Notes: generated from the sequence alone by a model not told the origin. 63,121 nucleotides of DNA, filler included, from Octopus bimaculoides (GCF_001194135.2; 6 parts of 6 records of this genome joined end to end with filler, not necessarily neighbours in it), one strand, 5' to 3'; positions 38,402 to 52,469 are shown, counted from the whole stretch's first letter. Translations and numbers: made by a program.

Positions 38402-40695
38402 CCATATACACTCGACTATAAAACACCCTCGCCTATAAGACGCACCTCCTATTTACAAAGTTCAAATGGATAATTTTATCATTGTCTCGACTATAAGTTG
38501 CTGTGACATTTTTGATGTTATAGAGCAAAGTTCGATTAGAAATCGCGCCGACATAATTGTTGTTCGGTAACAGAGCTTTCAGTAAGCTGTAGATGACTTA
38601 CAACAACTGTTATCCCATTAAGTCTATGCAGTTCAGAAACCATTGTTTATAATATAAAATTTTATCCTTGATAACGTTAGTTGACTTGTTTATCGTATTG
38701 AGACTTAATTGCCTCGATACTTGCCCTCTACTGTTTGATCTATGCCTTTCATTTTTATGACACTTTCAAGGCGGCGAGCTGGCAGAATTGTTAAGCACAC
38801 TGGACGGAATGCGTAGCGGTATTTCGTCCGTCGCTATGTTTTGAGTTCAAATTCCACCGAAGTCGAGTTTACCTTTCAGGGTCGATAAATTAAGTACCAG
38901 TTGAGTACTGGGATCGATGTAAACGACTGTCCCCCTCCCCCGAATTTCAGGCCTTGTGCCTATAATAGAAAGGATTATTAGGACACTTTTGCAGCAACTG
39001 ACTCATAAAACCATGCAGTCATACGTGCTATAGTTGAAAAAAAAAATACAATAAACTGTTTTAAATTGTAATGAAGTGTGACAAAAATCGGAAGAATAAA
39101 TGAAAGAATCGAGTTATACTAATCATCACTTTCATCATCATTTTCACCAAATAACTGGTAAAACTCCTCAGTTGTGATGGTCTCGTCATATACACATTGA
39201 TCCTCGTCTTCACTCGTCTGATCTTCACGAACTGATGAAGCAGTGGGGCTAATATTTCTTGCACAAACGAAGTCATTATCTAGCTCGTCATCTTCCGTAC
39301 CATCCATGGAACTTGAGATCCCGCACTTCAAAAATGATTTCATCACAAGTTCACTGGCAAACAGGGCGTTTAAAGTTCTCAGCCTTTGTCATTTCCTTGT
39401 CACCATTAATCATCCATTCATTCCACTTAAAAGGCTCGTTCACCGACACGTCGAGTGGCTGAAGCACAGATGTCCATCCACCTGGAATCGCAGCTTAGAA
39501 GGTACGAAGCTCCTTTAATCTATTTTTTTATGCTGCAGATCAGATGAGCCCTGAACATATTCCATACAAGAAGCGACTTTGAATTAAGCATAGCCCCTAG
39601 GCACTTGAACCACAAGTCGTTTAATCAGTTCGTCAATACGGTTTCATCCACCCACCCTTTCTCCTGAATATACACCACTATGCCCTGCGGAAACTTCTCT
39701 TTCGGGAAAGTCTTTTGAAAACAACAGCCGGGATAACTTTCGTACCGTTAGCCATACAAGCCAAAATTGCGGTGAAATGGACCTTGTCGCTCCCCGTAGT
39801 TCTTACCGAAATTGTGTTTTTCCCTTTAACGTCAACTGTCCGGGTTCCAACCATATCGAAAAAAGGGGTTGTCTCATCCATATTACCGATTGCTTCCAAG
39901 GCTAATTAGTGCCTTTTTAGTAGGTCTATTACATACCGATGGAAGGAATCAACTTTTCTCTCTACATCAGCGGGTAATTTCTGTGCAATATGAGTCCTCT
40001 GTCTCAGCGTAAGCTTGTGGCGTTTCATAAACCTCGTACACCAGCCAGGGAATGCTTTAAAGTCGGATATACCATGTTCTTTAGTCACTTCGAGAGCCCG
40101 CAATCTAATAATGTTTCTCGTGACGACAAGTCCATTCGTGCTTAGTTCAGTCACTCAGTCTCTCAAAAGAGTCCCCATTTCCTCATTAGGACCCATTCCC
40201 ATCCTAACTTTCTTTAACGATTTGATATCAACGGATTTGATTTTCCACTCTTTCAAACACCAATCCCTAACCATTTTTTCTAAGACCCCAAATTCTCTTT
40301 CTGCAGTTCGATTCAAATGCGACTTCGCGTATTCAACAACTTTCAGCTTGAAAGTGATATCATCCGAATTCCTCTTTCTCTTCACGTTAACAAATAATAT
40401 GGCGTGGAATTAAAGAAAGACAGGTACGGTACAAAAACAAACAAGCATTAAACTCACTATTTAAAAATTGTTTATTTCATACTAACAAATGTCAAGAAAT
40501 ATATAAAGAAATATCTAAAGATCGTTTTCCGTGTCCTTCTCGGCTTCGGAACTAAGTTCGGTTATTCCAAATGTCGGGACTTCAGACGTGGCTTGTACCT
40601 AGTAAATATCTGAAGATTTTTTTATAGGATGCGCTTGTAAGTTGCACACCCAATTTTAGGTGAAAATTTCAGGGAAAAGAAGTGCGAGTATATGG
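38402..40695 (-). mobile_element. Full-length but inactivated pogo-type DNA transposon (Brinker/psq-like HTH, CENP-B/Tc5 HTH, DDE_1), TA-flanked
   Basis: FKLKVVEYAK..NRTAEREFGV.EKMVRDW; FKAFPGWCTRFMKRHKLTLR; IGNMDET..FDM; TTGSDKVHFTAIL; acidic tail. Termini TA|ccatatacactcg and cgagtatatgg|TA. Confidence 0.9.
38770..38980 (+). mobile_element. SINE family A nested in the pogo element
   Basis: ggcggcgagctggcagaa...cggtatttcgtc...gagttcaaattcc...gtcgataaattaagtaccagtt. Confidence 0.9.
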
Positions 40696-41939
40696 TACTT
40701 CATCACATACATATGCACATATATCATATAATACATCCTTTTGTTATTTACACCACCTGTCCTCGTCTGTTGTTGTTTTTTCGTATATTCTCCCATATAT
40801 ATATATATATACATGTGTGTGTGTGTGTGTATACATATATACATACATACATACATACATATATATATATATAAATATATATATACATATATACATATAT
40901 ATATATGTAAAAGAAAAAATGTGATTTAAAAATCCTAACAGATGGGATTTTCTTCGTATTTATNNNNNNNNNNNNNNNNNNNNNNNNNNNNNNNNNNNNN
41001 NNNNNNNNNNNNNNNNNNNNNNNNNNNNNNNNNNNNNNNNNNNNNNNNNNNNNNNNNNNNNNNNNNNNNNNNNNNNNNNNNNNNNNNNNNNNNNNNNNNN
41101 NNNNNNNNNNNNNNNNNNNNNNNNNNNNNNNNNNNNNNNNNNNNNNNNNNNNNNNNNNNNNNNNNNNNNNNNNNNNNNNNNNNNNNNNNNNNNNNNNNNN
41201 NNNNNNNNNNNNNNNNNNNNNNNNNNNNNNNNNNNNNNNNNNNNNNNNNNNNNNNNNNNNNNNNNNNNNNNNNNNNNNNNNNNNNNNNNNNNNNNNNNNN
41301 NNNNNNNNNNNNNNNNNNNNNNNNNNNNNNNNNNNNNNNNNNNNNNNNNNNNNNNNNNNNNNNNNNNNNNNNNNNNNNNNNNNNNNNNNNNNNNNNNNNN
41401 NNNNNNNNNNNNNNNNNNNNNNNNNNNNNNNNNNNNNNNNNNNNNNTATATATATATATATTGATATTACAGATATATCGATATACACAGACACTATCTC
41501 AGAAGCCTGAGATCAAGCTGGACAGTATTTAAGTATCATGCAGTATCACTCAGACAACATGTAATAAACAGCAACAAAAATGAATACTTGAACCAAGGGC
41601 TCAGAAACGAAGGAAAGCTTTTATGAAACAGGCGTGAACTTCTCAAAAAATATTTGTTTCTGGAAGATATTTGCTGCAACCCCAGAACGCCGTACGGTTT
41701 TACCTTAATAAAAATACGGAGAAATAACATTGCATACCATCAACAATTATATATGAGTATTGAAAGCTTAAACTTTAGAATGGTGCCAACACTGGCAGGC
41801 TATGCCTTTAGCTTCTTGTAGATTCTCGATGTCACGATTTGTAAATTATATTTTTGAAATCTAACAGCAAAGGATAGGTAGAAAATACTGGTTGAACAAA
41901 AGAACTAGTGAAGTCTTTAAAATCCTTGGGATACAGTCG

Positions 41940-42300
41940 AAAATGTCAGCTATGTCACTTATTTGTAAAGACAATACATGCAATCAGCTGCAACAGCAAA
42001 ATGTCACCAGTGTATTAACATTCCATGGTGTTGTAACTAAAACAATATTGAATACAGTATGTAAGAAGGATTGCCCTGAGATAAACATATAAATACTATC
42101 GACATTGAGTCCATAAACACATTTTAATATAGGAAATATTAATGTGAAATTCCCATTAAAAAATCTTTATTTATTGCACACAGCAGGCCTGATATAGTTG
42201 TCTAGGAGTGGAAAAACATACAATAACAAATATATTGTTAGTGTTACTTAGCTTCAGGTTAGCCCGGATCGAATACTTTTATGATATGGAGGTTGTCGAT
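41940..42300 (+). mobile_element. Degraded RLE-type (R4/NeSL-like) non-LTR retrotransposon C-terminus
   Basis: CQLCHLFVKTIHAISC zinc-finger-like motif followed by AHSRPDIVV (PD-D/ExK start); upstream extent uncertain. Confidence 0.65.
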
Positions 42301-42667
42301 CGAACGACCAGTTGTACTTTACAGATCGATTATTCCAGGTATTCCATGGTTCTGTCAAATGGAAAGAACTATGATGCGCTGCGTGATGACAGTTGCTCTC
42401 TCTTCAGTCCAGTCTATTTCAGGAGGTACTAGTTCAGATGGATTACGTAGAAAACCGTTTTTAAGGCAGAAAAATTCATATTTTTAAACATGCTCGCCAA
42501 AACGAATTAGTGCCGTACATTTAATGATAAGTATCAAATTATCTTCAATTTTTTATATCTATTGTTTCGTTATATATATAGTATATGAGGATGTACTTTG
42601 TGTGCAAACTTGTGATTCGTTTTCTACCTAGCAGGAACGTAATGGATATATATATATATATATATAT

Positions 42668-42823
42668 ACTAGCAGTATAACCCGACCTTGTCCGAGTGTG
42701 ACTTATTACGCCATCTACGATAAGTTTTGCTAGGTGAAAATCAACTAAAAAAGAAGCCTTACAACGAAAAAACCCTTATGATGTAAATATGTTCATAATT
42801 CAAAAGACGATGAAATTAATAGG
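42668..42823 (+). mobile_element. Possible non-autonomous Helitron-like 5' end
   Basis: (AT)n-ACTAGCAGTATAACCCGACCTTGTCCGAG resembles ACTAG..CCCG..TTG.CCGG termini; truncated by a gap. Confidence 0.35.
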
Positions 42824-43010
42824 GNNNNNNNNNNNNNNNNNNNNNNNNNNNNNNNNNNNNNNNNNNNNTTAATTAATTAANNNNNNNNNNNNNNNNNNNN
42901 NNNNNNNNNNNNNNNNNNNNNNNNTATATATATATACATATACATACATACATACACACATACATGTATGTATGTATGTATGTATGTATGTATGTATGTA
43001 TGTATGTATA

Positions 43011-43121
43011 GATGCAGGAGTGGCTGTGTGGTAAGGAGCTTGCTTCCCAACCACATGGTTCAGGGTTCAGTCCCACTGCATGTCGACTTTTGGGCCTTGT
43101 GCCTAGAGCAGAAAAGAATAT
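43011..43121 (+). mobile_element. Short SINE with family B head joined to family A-like tail
   Basis: gcaggagtggctgtgtggtaag...ggttcagtcccactgc, then ggccttgtgcctagagcagaaaagaatatt. Confidence 0.65.
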
Positions 43122-43134
43122 TTTGTTAACTTAG

Positions 43135-43355
43135 GGCGGCGAGCTGGCTGAATCGTTAACACGCCGGGTAAAATGCTTAATGGAATTTCGTTTGTCTTCA
43201 CGTTCTGCGTTCAAATTCTACCGAGGTCGAATTTGCCTTTCATCCCTTTCGGGGTCGATAAAATAGGTACCAGTTGATTACTGGGGTCTATGTAATCGAC
43301 TTACTGCCCCACCGCTGAAGTTGCTGGCCTTGTACCAAAATTTGAAATCAATATT
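43135..43355 (+). mobile_element. SINE family A
   Basis: ggcggcgagctggctgaatcgtt... body as in other copies. Confidence 0.9.
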
Positions 43356-43409
43356 TTGGTATTTTATTTCTTTTAGGCGTCGAATTACAACAAAAGCAGC
43401 CAAGCATTC

Positions 43410-43600
43410 AAAGTAGAGGCCATCGTATTGCACCGTTCGAAGCCCTCTTTATGCCACTTCTTTGATCTCACGCCAGTACCAGTTCTTATCCTCCGTAACG
43501 AAGAACTCCTTCAATGAAGCATTTTGGTTGATGAAGCGTCGCGAACGCACCAAGAGAGGCACGGATCGGAACCAGTAACAAACTTGACGAATAAAGCAAA
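43410..43600 (-). mobile_element. Mariner transposase C-terminal remnant
   Basis: YWFRS..RRF.N..LKEFF..EDKNWY.R.I..(L..RW).TVQYDGLYFE. Confidence 0.7.
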
Positions 43601-44221
43601 TAAGTAACCAAAACATTGCCAGACTTTTGACTCAATACAGTACATAACATTATTGAAACTCAGAGAGAGGAAGGGCACAAATATGACATCTTCATGAGAA
43701 TTTGAACTGGGAACCTAAAAATACGGAGTTGTGATCAACAAAACTCCGTATCACAAGACCTGTTTTTCCAACTTATTACATGTTCCGTTGGCCCTCCACC
43801 ACCGTAACTTCCAATTAGCAAATAAACGTAGATTATATAGTTTTGTCCTAACACCTAACTTAATTACAGTAATCTTGTTTCCATTTAATTTCTGTACATA
43901 TTTCCCTCTCATTTAATATTTCTTTCTTTATTTTTTACAATTTATTTTCCAATCTATTTAGGAGAATTAAATTCAAGAATTAGATATATATGGTTGGGTG
44001 TAGGTATTTGTATGTCTGTGTATATAAACACGTATGTGTGTGAGAGTGTGTGCATGTGTATGTGTGCACATGTGTGTGTGTATGTCGGTGTGTGTGGTTC
44101 GAATAAGGTATCCAGACACACGTGAGACACCTAAGATACGTCTTAATTCGTTTAGTCGAGACATTTATTCAGGAACACACATAATCACACACATACGCTC
44201 ATACGCATGCACCCACGCACA

Positions 44222-44266
<45 letters not shown>

Positions 44267-44896
44267 GCGCGCGCATGCACGCAGCCATGCAGACACACGC
44301 ACCTCCATACCGAGACAGGAATAGGCGTATATATACACTGATACATACAAACATGTATACGTGTGTGCGCAATGGTGTATATGTAAAGAAGCAAACATGT
44401 ATGTATGTATGTATGTATGTATGTATGTATATGTATGTATATATATATATTTGTGTATGTGTGTGTGTGAATTTATCTGTGTGTGTACATATGTCTGTAT
44501 ATATAAAGTACTTGTATTTTTTGCACTATTATATGATTTCCAATATGTTTAAAAATATATTTCCAGTATTTACGCTTTTGTTTATTTATTTTCAAACCCA
44601 ACAGATTTCTTTTGTTACAAACAAGCGCTATAAATGCATCATCGTGATCATCATCATCATCATCATCATCATCGTCATCGTCGTCGTTGTCGTCGTCGTC
44701 GTCGTCATCATCATCATCATCATTATCATTAAGATACTCTCCTGCGTATCCAATCGGTTATTCATTCTTATTTTCAACCTCAATATAAGTATATTTGTCT
44801 GTGTGACCAAACATAACAAGGGATTTGTATGTGTCTGTCTATATATGTATGTATTTGTAAATGTATGCATCTACATACACCCACTCATATATATAT

Positions 44897-44932
<36 letters not shown>

Positions 44933-45241
44933 NNNNNNNNNNNNNNNNNNNNNNNNNNNNNNNNNNNNNNNNNNNNNNNNNNNNNNNNNNNNNNNNNNNN
45001 NNNNNNNNNNNNNNNNNNNNNNNNNNNNNNNNNNNNNNNNNNNNNNNNNNNNNNNNNNNNNNNNNNNNNNNNNNNNNNNNNNNNNNNNNNNNNNNNNNNN
45101 NNNNNNNNNNNNNNNNNNNNNNNNNNNNNNNNNNNNNNNNNNNNNNNNNNNNNNNNNNNNNNNNNNNNNNNNNNNNNNNNNNNNNNTATATTTATATATA
45201 TATATATATATGATTTCTTCTAAGAATACCAATAAAGTCCT

Positions 45242-45289
<48 letters not shown>

Positions 45290-45600
45290 ATTTATATATA
45301 TGTATATAGACACACAATATATACATATGTATGTGTGTGTTTGTACAAATAAGCACTTAACCATCATTTTAGTTGTAATTATCTCTTGTTTTCTGTGGTG
45401 TTTTATGTTAATGTCTTTGTTTCTTTGGATTGACTCTAGGGTTGTTTTCCTGCGTTGGAAAATTTGCAGCAAATACATTGTAAATATGTGTGTTTACATC
45501 TGTATATCTATATGTGCGCGAGTGTGCGTTCGAATGTATGTAGGCATGGATTCATGTATGTACATATGTATGTGTATATCCATGTATGTATCTATCTATC

Positions 45601-45691
<91 letters not shown>

Positions 45692-46115
45692 GCACATATG
45701 CACGTATAAATGCTGCATATATTTTTATATTACTTATTAACAAACGAAAACAGTAGAAATGCCATATGTGTGTATCTGTAACCATTTCTGATATAAAGCA
45801 ATGATAAAAACATATGTCTGTATATTGTGTACGTCTGTTTTTAATATGAAACAAGTAGGCAGAGAGGAGAGGAGAGCACAGTAGGTTATAGCATAGCAGA
45901 ATAGAGCGACGAATAATAACAATAATAATGGCGCATAATTTCTTATTAAGACTGTTTAAAAATAACGAGATACATCTCGTATATAACGCTTTTAATTTGC
46001 CTTCTTTCCATTATCTATGACCAATAAACAATATTAACTCTCATCACGGCTACGGCCATCGTAGCAAGCATTCCACATCACTGTCGTCGACATTGTCGTT
46101 GTCTTCATCATCCTT

Positions 46116-46153
<38 letters not shown>

Positions 46154-47289
46154 TATTATCGTCTTCATCTTATCATCATCACTATCATGAAGACAACAAC
46201 AACAATAAAAAAGCAAAGGCTGAAATATTGGTGAATGGGGTTTGTGCCGTGGTGGGTGGCGGAGAGGAGGGTTTTGAATTATCGACGAAAATAGTGGGGG
46301 GGGGGCGAGGACTTATAACAAGGACTTATCACCATTAATTATCATATCACATCAACAACAATAACAATTACAACAACAATAACAATTACAACAACAACAA
46401 CAACAACAACAACAATAATAATAGTAATAACAACGATGATGATNNNNNNNNNNNNNNNNNNNNNNNNNNNNNNNNNNNNNNNNNNNNNNNNNNNNNNNNN
46501 NNNNNNNNNNNNNNNNNNNNNNNNNNNNNNNNNNNNNNNNNNNNNNNNNNNNNNNNNNNNNNNNNNNNNNNNNNNNNNNNNNNNNNNNNNNNNNNNNNNN
46601 NNNNNNNNNNNNNNNNNNNNNNNNNNNNNNNNNNNNNNNNNNNNNNNNNNNNNNNNNNNNNNNNNNNNNNNNNNNNNNNNNNNNNNNNNNNNNNNNNNNN
46701 NNNNNNNNNNNNNNNNNNNNNNNNNNNNNNNNNNNNNNNNNNNNNNNNNNNNNNNNNNNNNNNNNNNNNNNNNNNNNNNNNNNNNNNNNNNNNNNNNNNN
46801 NNNNNNNNNNNNNNNNNNNNNNNNNNNNNNNNNNNNNNNNNNNNNNNNNNNNNNNNNNNNNNNNNNNNNNNNNNNNNNNNNNNNNNNNNNNNNNNNNNNN
46901 NNNNNNNNNNNNNNNNNNNNNNNNNNNNNNNNNNNNNNNNNNNNNNNNNNNNNNNNNNNNNNNNNNNNNNNNNNNNNNNNNNNNNNNNNNNNNNNNNNNN
47001 NNNNNNNNNNNNNNNNNNNNNNNNNNNNNNNNNNNNNNNNNNNNNNNNNNNNNNNNNNNNNNNNNNNNNNNNNNNNNNNNNNNNNNNNNNNNNNNNNNNN
47101 NNNNNNNNNNNNNNNNNNNNNNNNNNNNNNNNNNNNNNNNNNNNNNNNNNNNNNNNNNNNNNNNNNNNNNNNNNNNNNNNNNNATATATATATATACGAT
47201 ACAGTACTGCATTGTATTGTTTAGTTCTTTATTCATTAGTCATGTTGCTATTGTTGTTGTTGTTGTTGTTGTTCTTCTTCTTCTTCTTC

Positions 47290-47323
<34 letters not shown>

Positions 47324-47997
47324 GATGTGCTTGCTCTAATATATATATTTCTTTACGAGTTTCTGAAATATAATGTGTTTTATAGCGATGCACACGGGGT
47401 TGGTGTTGAAATTTGAAGACTGTTATTTATTCAATCAACAACTCGGCGGATATTTGACTGTCTGGATTTGCTTCAATACTAAAATATATAGCAACCATTT
47501 ATCTATTTATTTTTCTTGATTTCTTTGTGGGGTTTTCTTTCTATTCTCTTTTTTTTAATGTTGTTGAAAAACAAAACCGTTGCTTATTAAAAGTCTCGCC
47601 ACTCAAGTTCAACCAGTTAAACATAATATTCAATAGTTTCGAATAATATGATATATTACGTTCATAAGCTAAACAACGTTTATTGTCTGACCAATGTTGA
47701 GTGTGTGGATGTGTGGGTGTGTTCCAGTTTGCGTTTTTGTATGTGTATAGGTGTGTATGCATTGTGTGTGTGTGTCTGTTACTGTGCTTTGTGTGTGTCT
47801 TTGTGTTTTATGAGTATTTGATAAAATTTGACCATATGGTGTTATATAACTATGAAATGCTGTTGTATTTCTTTAGTGAATCACAGTTTTTTTTTCCAAC
47901 ATATTTATTAATCATTGTCACAAGCAACCGAACAATGTCCCTATTCTTGACATTAATAAAACGCTCTCCCATCTATATATATATTCATGTACCGTAC

Positions 47998-48360
47998 AGG
48001 CGCAATAGCCCAGTGGTTAGGACAGAGAACTCGCGGTCGTAGGATCACGGTTTCGAATCCCACAACGGGCGTTGTGAGTGTTTATTGAGCGTAAACATCT
48101 ACAGCTCCACAAAGCTTCGGCAGGGGGTGGTGGTATTCTTTCACCACAACTTTCTCTCACTCTTTCATCTTGTTTCTGTTGAACCTGTATTTCAAAGGGG
48201 CCAGCCTTGTCACACTCTGTGTCACGCTGAATCTCCCCGAGAACTATGTTAAGGGTACACGTGTCTGTGGAGTGCTCAGCCACTTGCACGTTAATTTCAC
48301 GAGCAGGCTGTTCCGTTGATCGGATCAGCTTGAACACTCGTCGTCGTCACCGACGGAGTG
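47998..48360 (+). mobile_element. tRNA-derived SINE family C (paralog of 8760-9130)
   Basis: Colinear high similarity over about 360 bp. Confidence 0.9.
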
Positions 48361-48482
48361 CTATTAATTCAAGTACCTGATACGGAGGTAAAATATCCTT
48401 GAGACGATTCTGAGGCCTAGTTTCAAGTATGATCTTCCTCAGTAAAAACATTACAATATATATGTATATATATTTATATATA

Positions 48483-48529
<47 letters not shown>

Positions 48530-48549
48530 GCGTGTGTGTGAGTGTGTGT

Positions 48550-48757
48550 GTGTTTGTGCCTTTGTTTGTCCCCCATCATTGCTTGACAACCGATATTGAT
48601 GTGTTTACTTCCCAGTAACTTAGCGGTTATACAAAAGAGTCCGATAAATTTGTACTAGGCTTACAAAGAATATGTCGTGCGGTCGATTTGTTCAACTAAA
48701 GGCGGTGGTCCAGCATGGTCGCAGTCAAATGACAAACAGATAAAAGAGTTAAAAAGT
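48550..48757 (+). mobile_element. SINE family B 3' half
   Basis: gtaacttagcggtt..gtactaggcttacaaagaat..ggtcgatttg..aaaggcggtg.tccagcatggtcgcagtcaaatgac. Confidence 0.8.
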
Positions 48758-49164
48758 ATACATATAAAACTATCGAATTATATCATGTTCCGCCATGGTA
48801 TTGCGCAGTTGTTCAGAACCCGGATTCTGGTGAATGGAATGCAAAGTCCGTACACACGTTGCTAAGCTTATATCCGGTTAAAATCTGCAAATTTTGGTAT
48901 ACTTAATAAAGCAACAACAAACTGCGTGCATTAAGTATGTTCTCGTACATACATGTCTTTAATGTATGACAGACAAGTATGTAATACTATGAAGAAGTTT
49001 TATGTTGCGGGTGGGGAGGGTAATACATAGGGAAGCAAAAATCAACAGCCATCGTTCGATTGTGAAAGGAAAGAGTAAAACTTTAAAACGCTTTCATCTT
49101 CAACGTATTTGTGAAAGACATGAATGCCAGAACACTTCATATCTCCGATACAACCGATGTGTGT

Positions 49165-49233
<69 letters not shown>

Positions 49234-50024
49234 CACGTCTATGTATACGTATGTACATATACATCATAAGTACGAAGCACAGCCGTTCATATTGATTTTG
49301 ATTCACACGATGCTGATATTTATGTTGTTTTAGGATTTAATTTATTACTTCCTATCTTTATCAACTCAAGAAAAACGTTGGAAGCTCTGTACATTTACGA
49401 GATAAGCATTTTGATTAATCTATAAGGCAAAAACGGAGAAGCTATTTATCGATTGCTTAATAGCCAATACGCTTGGAACAATTTTTGGAGATCTCCTTGA
49501 AGAGTCTATAATTTTTAGTTTTCAGAAGTCGAGCGATGTCAACACCTGGCGTATCATTACTGCGAACGAAAGCAATTCTCTGTGCAGCAGGATTGCCTGC
49601 GGAGAATTCTGTTAGAGAAGAAATGAAGCCATGAAAATGGAGTGGTAATGGGTAAGGTAGAAATGTAATAAGTAAGAAACACAGAATCGGTAAAGTGGAT
49701 GAGAAGAAAGGTAACACTGGAAGTAGATAAATAGAGAATAAATGATGTGATTGACTGAGAGACAGAGAATGATAGTGAGAGAGAGAGAGGGAGAGAGAGA
49801 GGAGGAGGAGAGAGACACATATACACAGAGGGACTGAAGTATATATACATATATACTTGCATGTCTACATGAATATATGTGTATATTTATATGTACATAG
49901 ATACATTTATTTACACNNNNNNNNNNNNNNNNNNNNNNNNNNNNNNNNNNNNNNNNNNNNNNNNNNNNNNNNNNNNNNNNNNNNNNNNNNNNNNNNNNNN
50001 NNNNNNNNNNNNNNNNNNNNNNNN

Positions 50025-50077
<53 letters not shown>

Positions 50078-50333
50078 ATGCATTCATGAATGTATGTGTA
50101 TATTTATTTAAACATACATGCAAACATACATAGCATATATGTGTTTTTGCGTGCGCGCGTATGTGAGTGTGTGTTGTATGTGTTGTGTGTGTGCATGTGT
50201 GCATACACACACGTTCGTATATGGATTCCACCTTGAGGCTGAGTCCAACACAACTTGCAATCATTAATAGAAACGCAGGTACATACATGCATATTTACAC
50301 ACATACATCAGTCACACAAGCACCCCCCCGCAC

Positions 50334-50378
<45 letters not shown>

Positions 50379-50800
50379 CAGAACAAATACGAAGATACTG
50401 ACACGCACAGAGAAAAGCACAGTTGTGTTTTTATATGTATGTGTACATGTATTTGAGTGCCATAGACATTTTATGAAGCAGAGTAAGAAATATGCAGTAT
50501 AGAAGGGAAGTGTAATTACATATTAAACTCCTCCTGAGAGTACTCGTTCTTACTGCTTCGTGTATTTCAACTGTCTGCACTCTTCGTGAATGAACGCCGA
50601 TGTATAAAGCACTCTAGTAACAAAAAGAAAAGGGTAATATGTGTGAATAGTCAAAAATTAATTCTCTTTCACAACTTGGTTTGTAAATTACCCGATTTTC
50701 CCTTACTATGTTGGTCTCTTGCTGTATCTTATTTCATTTTTATTTTTATTTCATTCTATTTCATCTTATTAAACTTTCTTGGTGTACTTCCAAGAGATTC

Positions 50801-50905
50801 CTCACACTGATGAGAATGACAATGCACAAATTTAATTATAATTACTATGATTAAATGTTTTTTCTTACACATTTGCATTGTTCTTCGAAACATACGTATG
50901 CATTG
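50801..50905 (+). ncRNA. Type I hammerhead ribozyme-like motif with long stem II (stem I weakened)
   Basis: CTGATGA at 50807-13; gaatgacaatgca pairs with tgcattgttcttc (12/13); GAAA at 50887-90; C-ATAC-G-T-A; stem I only 2 bp. Confidence 0.72.
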
Positions 50906-51384
50906 AATTCAGTTTTGTAATAAATCTATTTCTGATTCAAACATTTTATCTCCATATTTTAATATTTATTTATGGCATATTTTTATACTTNNNNNNNNNN
51001 NNNNNNNNNNNNNNNNNNNNNNNNNNNNNNNNNNNNNNNNNNNNNNNNNNNNNNNNNNNNNNNNNNNNNNNNNNNNNNNNNNNNNNNNNNNNNNNNNNNN
51101 NNNNNNNNNNNNNNNNNNNNNNNNNNNNNNNNNNNNNNNNNNNNNNNNNNNNNNNNNNNNNNNNNNNNNNNNNNNNNNNNNNNNNNNNNNNNNNNNNNNN
51201 NNNNNNNNNNNNNNNNNNNNNNNNNNNNNNNNNNNNNNNNNNNNNNNNNNNNNNNNNNNNNNNNNNNNNNNNNNNNNNNNNNNNNNNNNNNNNNNNNNNN
51301 NNNNNNNNNNNNNNNNNNNNNNNNNNNNNNNNNNNNNNNNNNNNNNNNNNNNNNNNNNNNNNNNNNNNNNNNNNNNNNNNNNNN

Positions 51385-51442
<58 letters not shown>

Positions 51443-51866
51443 ACATATCTGTTTATATAACTCATAGAAATCAGTCAACCTTCGTTGATAACAGTGACAA
51501 AAGTGACTGATCACTTATGATTACACTTTGTTGATGGTTGATCACCTACTTCACTCATGGGAGCGATTAGAGGAAGTAAAAAAAAATGATTTGTGCAAAA
51601 CATAAATCGCTCTTTATAACGAGAGAAGAGTATGAATCCAAAGCGTGTGAATAAAATTCCTCTTCCTATTAGAGCGGCTATAACAAACCTCGAAACTATT
51701 TCAGATAGATGCATTGGCTTCCATAATTGTACGAATATATATAAATTATCTCAGTAATTCGCAATTCTGAATGACTTTCACTTTGGCATATGACAGTGCA
51801 TTAACCCTATAATACCAATCTATCTTTCTGTCTAACAATCTATCTATCTATCTGTCTATCTATTTA

Positions 51867-51979
<113 letters not shown>

Positions 51980-52287
51980 TTATCTATCATCTATCACTCG
52001 TTCTATTTGTCAGTTTATCTATCTGCCTATCTATTTATCTATTTATACCTATTTGATCGACACCGCCCCTATTTTTTTCCTTCCCCCTCCCAAAAAGAAA
52101 AGCTCTACATTGTATTTGTCCCATCTTTGTTGAGCCCTGTGTGGCTAATAAAAGAAATGTATCTATTTATACCTACCTACCGACCGACAGATCTTCCTAT
52201 CAATCTATCAATCTATCTTTCTATCTAACTATTTACCTACATAACTACCGACCTTTCTATCTATCTATCTATCTATCTGCCTGCCTG

Positions 52288-52354
<67 letters not shown>

Positions 52355-52431
52355 CTCTCTCTCTCTCTGTTTATCCATTTCCCTATTTGTATCTGCATTT
52401 AACTATCAATATATATACATACACATAAACG

Positions 52432-52469
<38 letters not shown>

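Noticed and set aside
49525-49620. Acceptor-like ttttcAG followed by three open frames
   Set aside because: No recognisable homology or good donor; frames close within about 35 codons.
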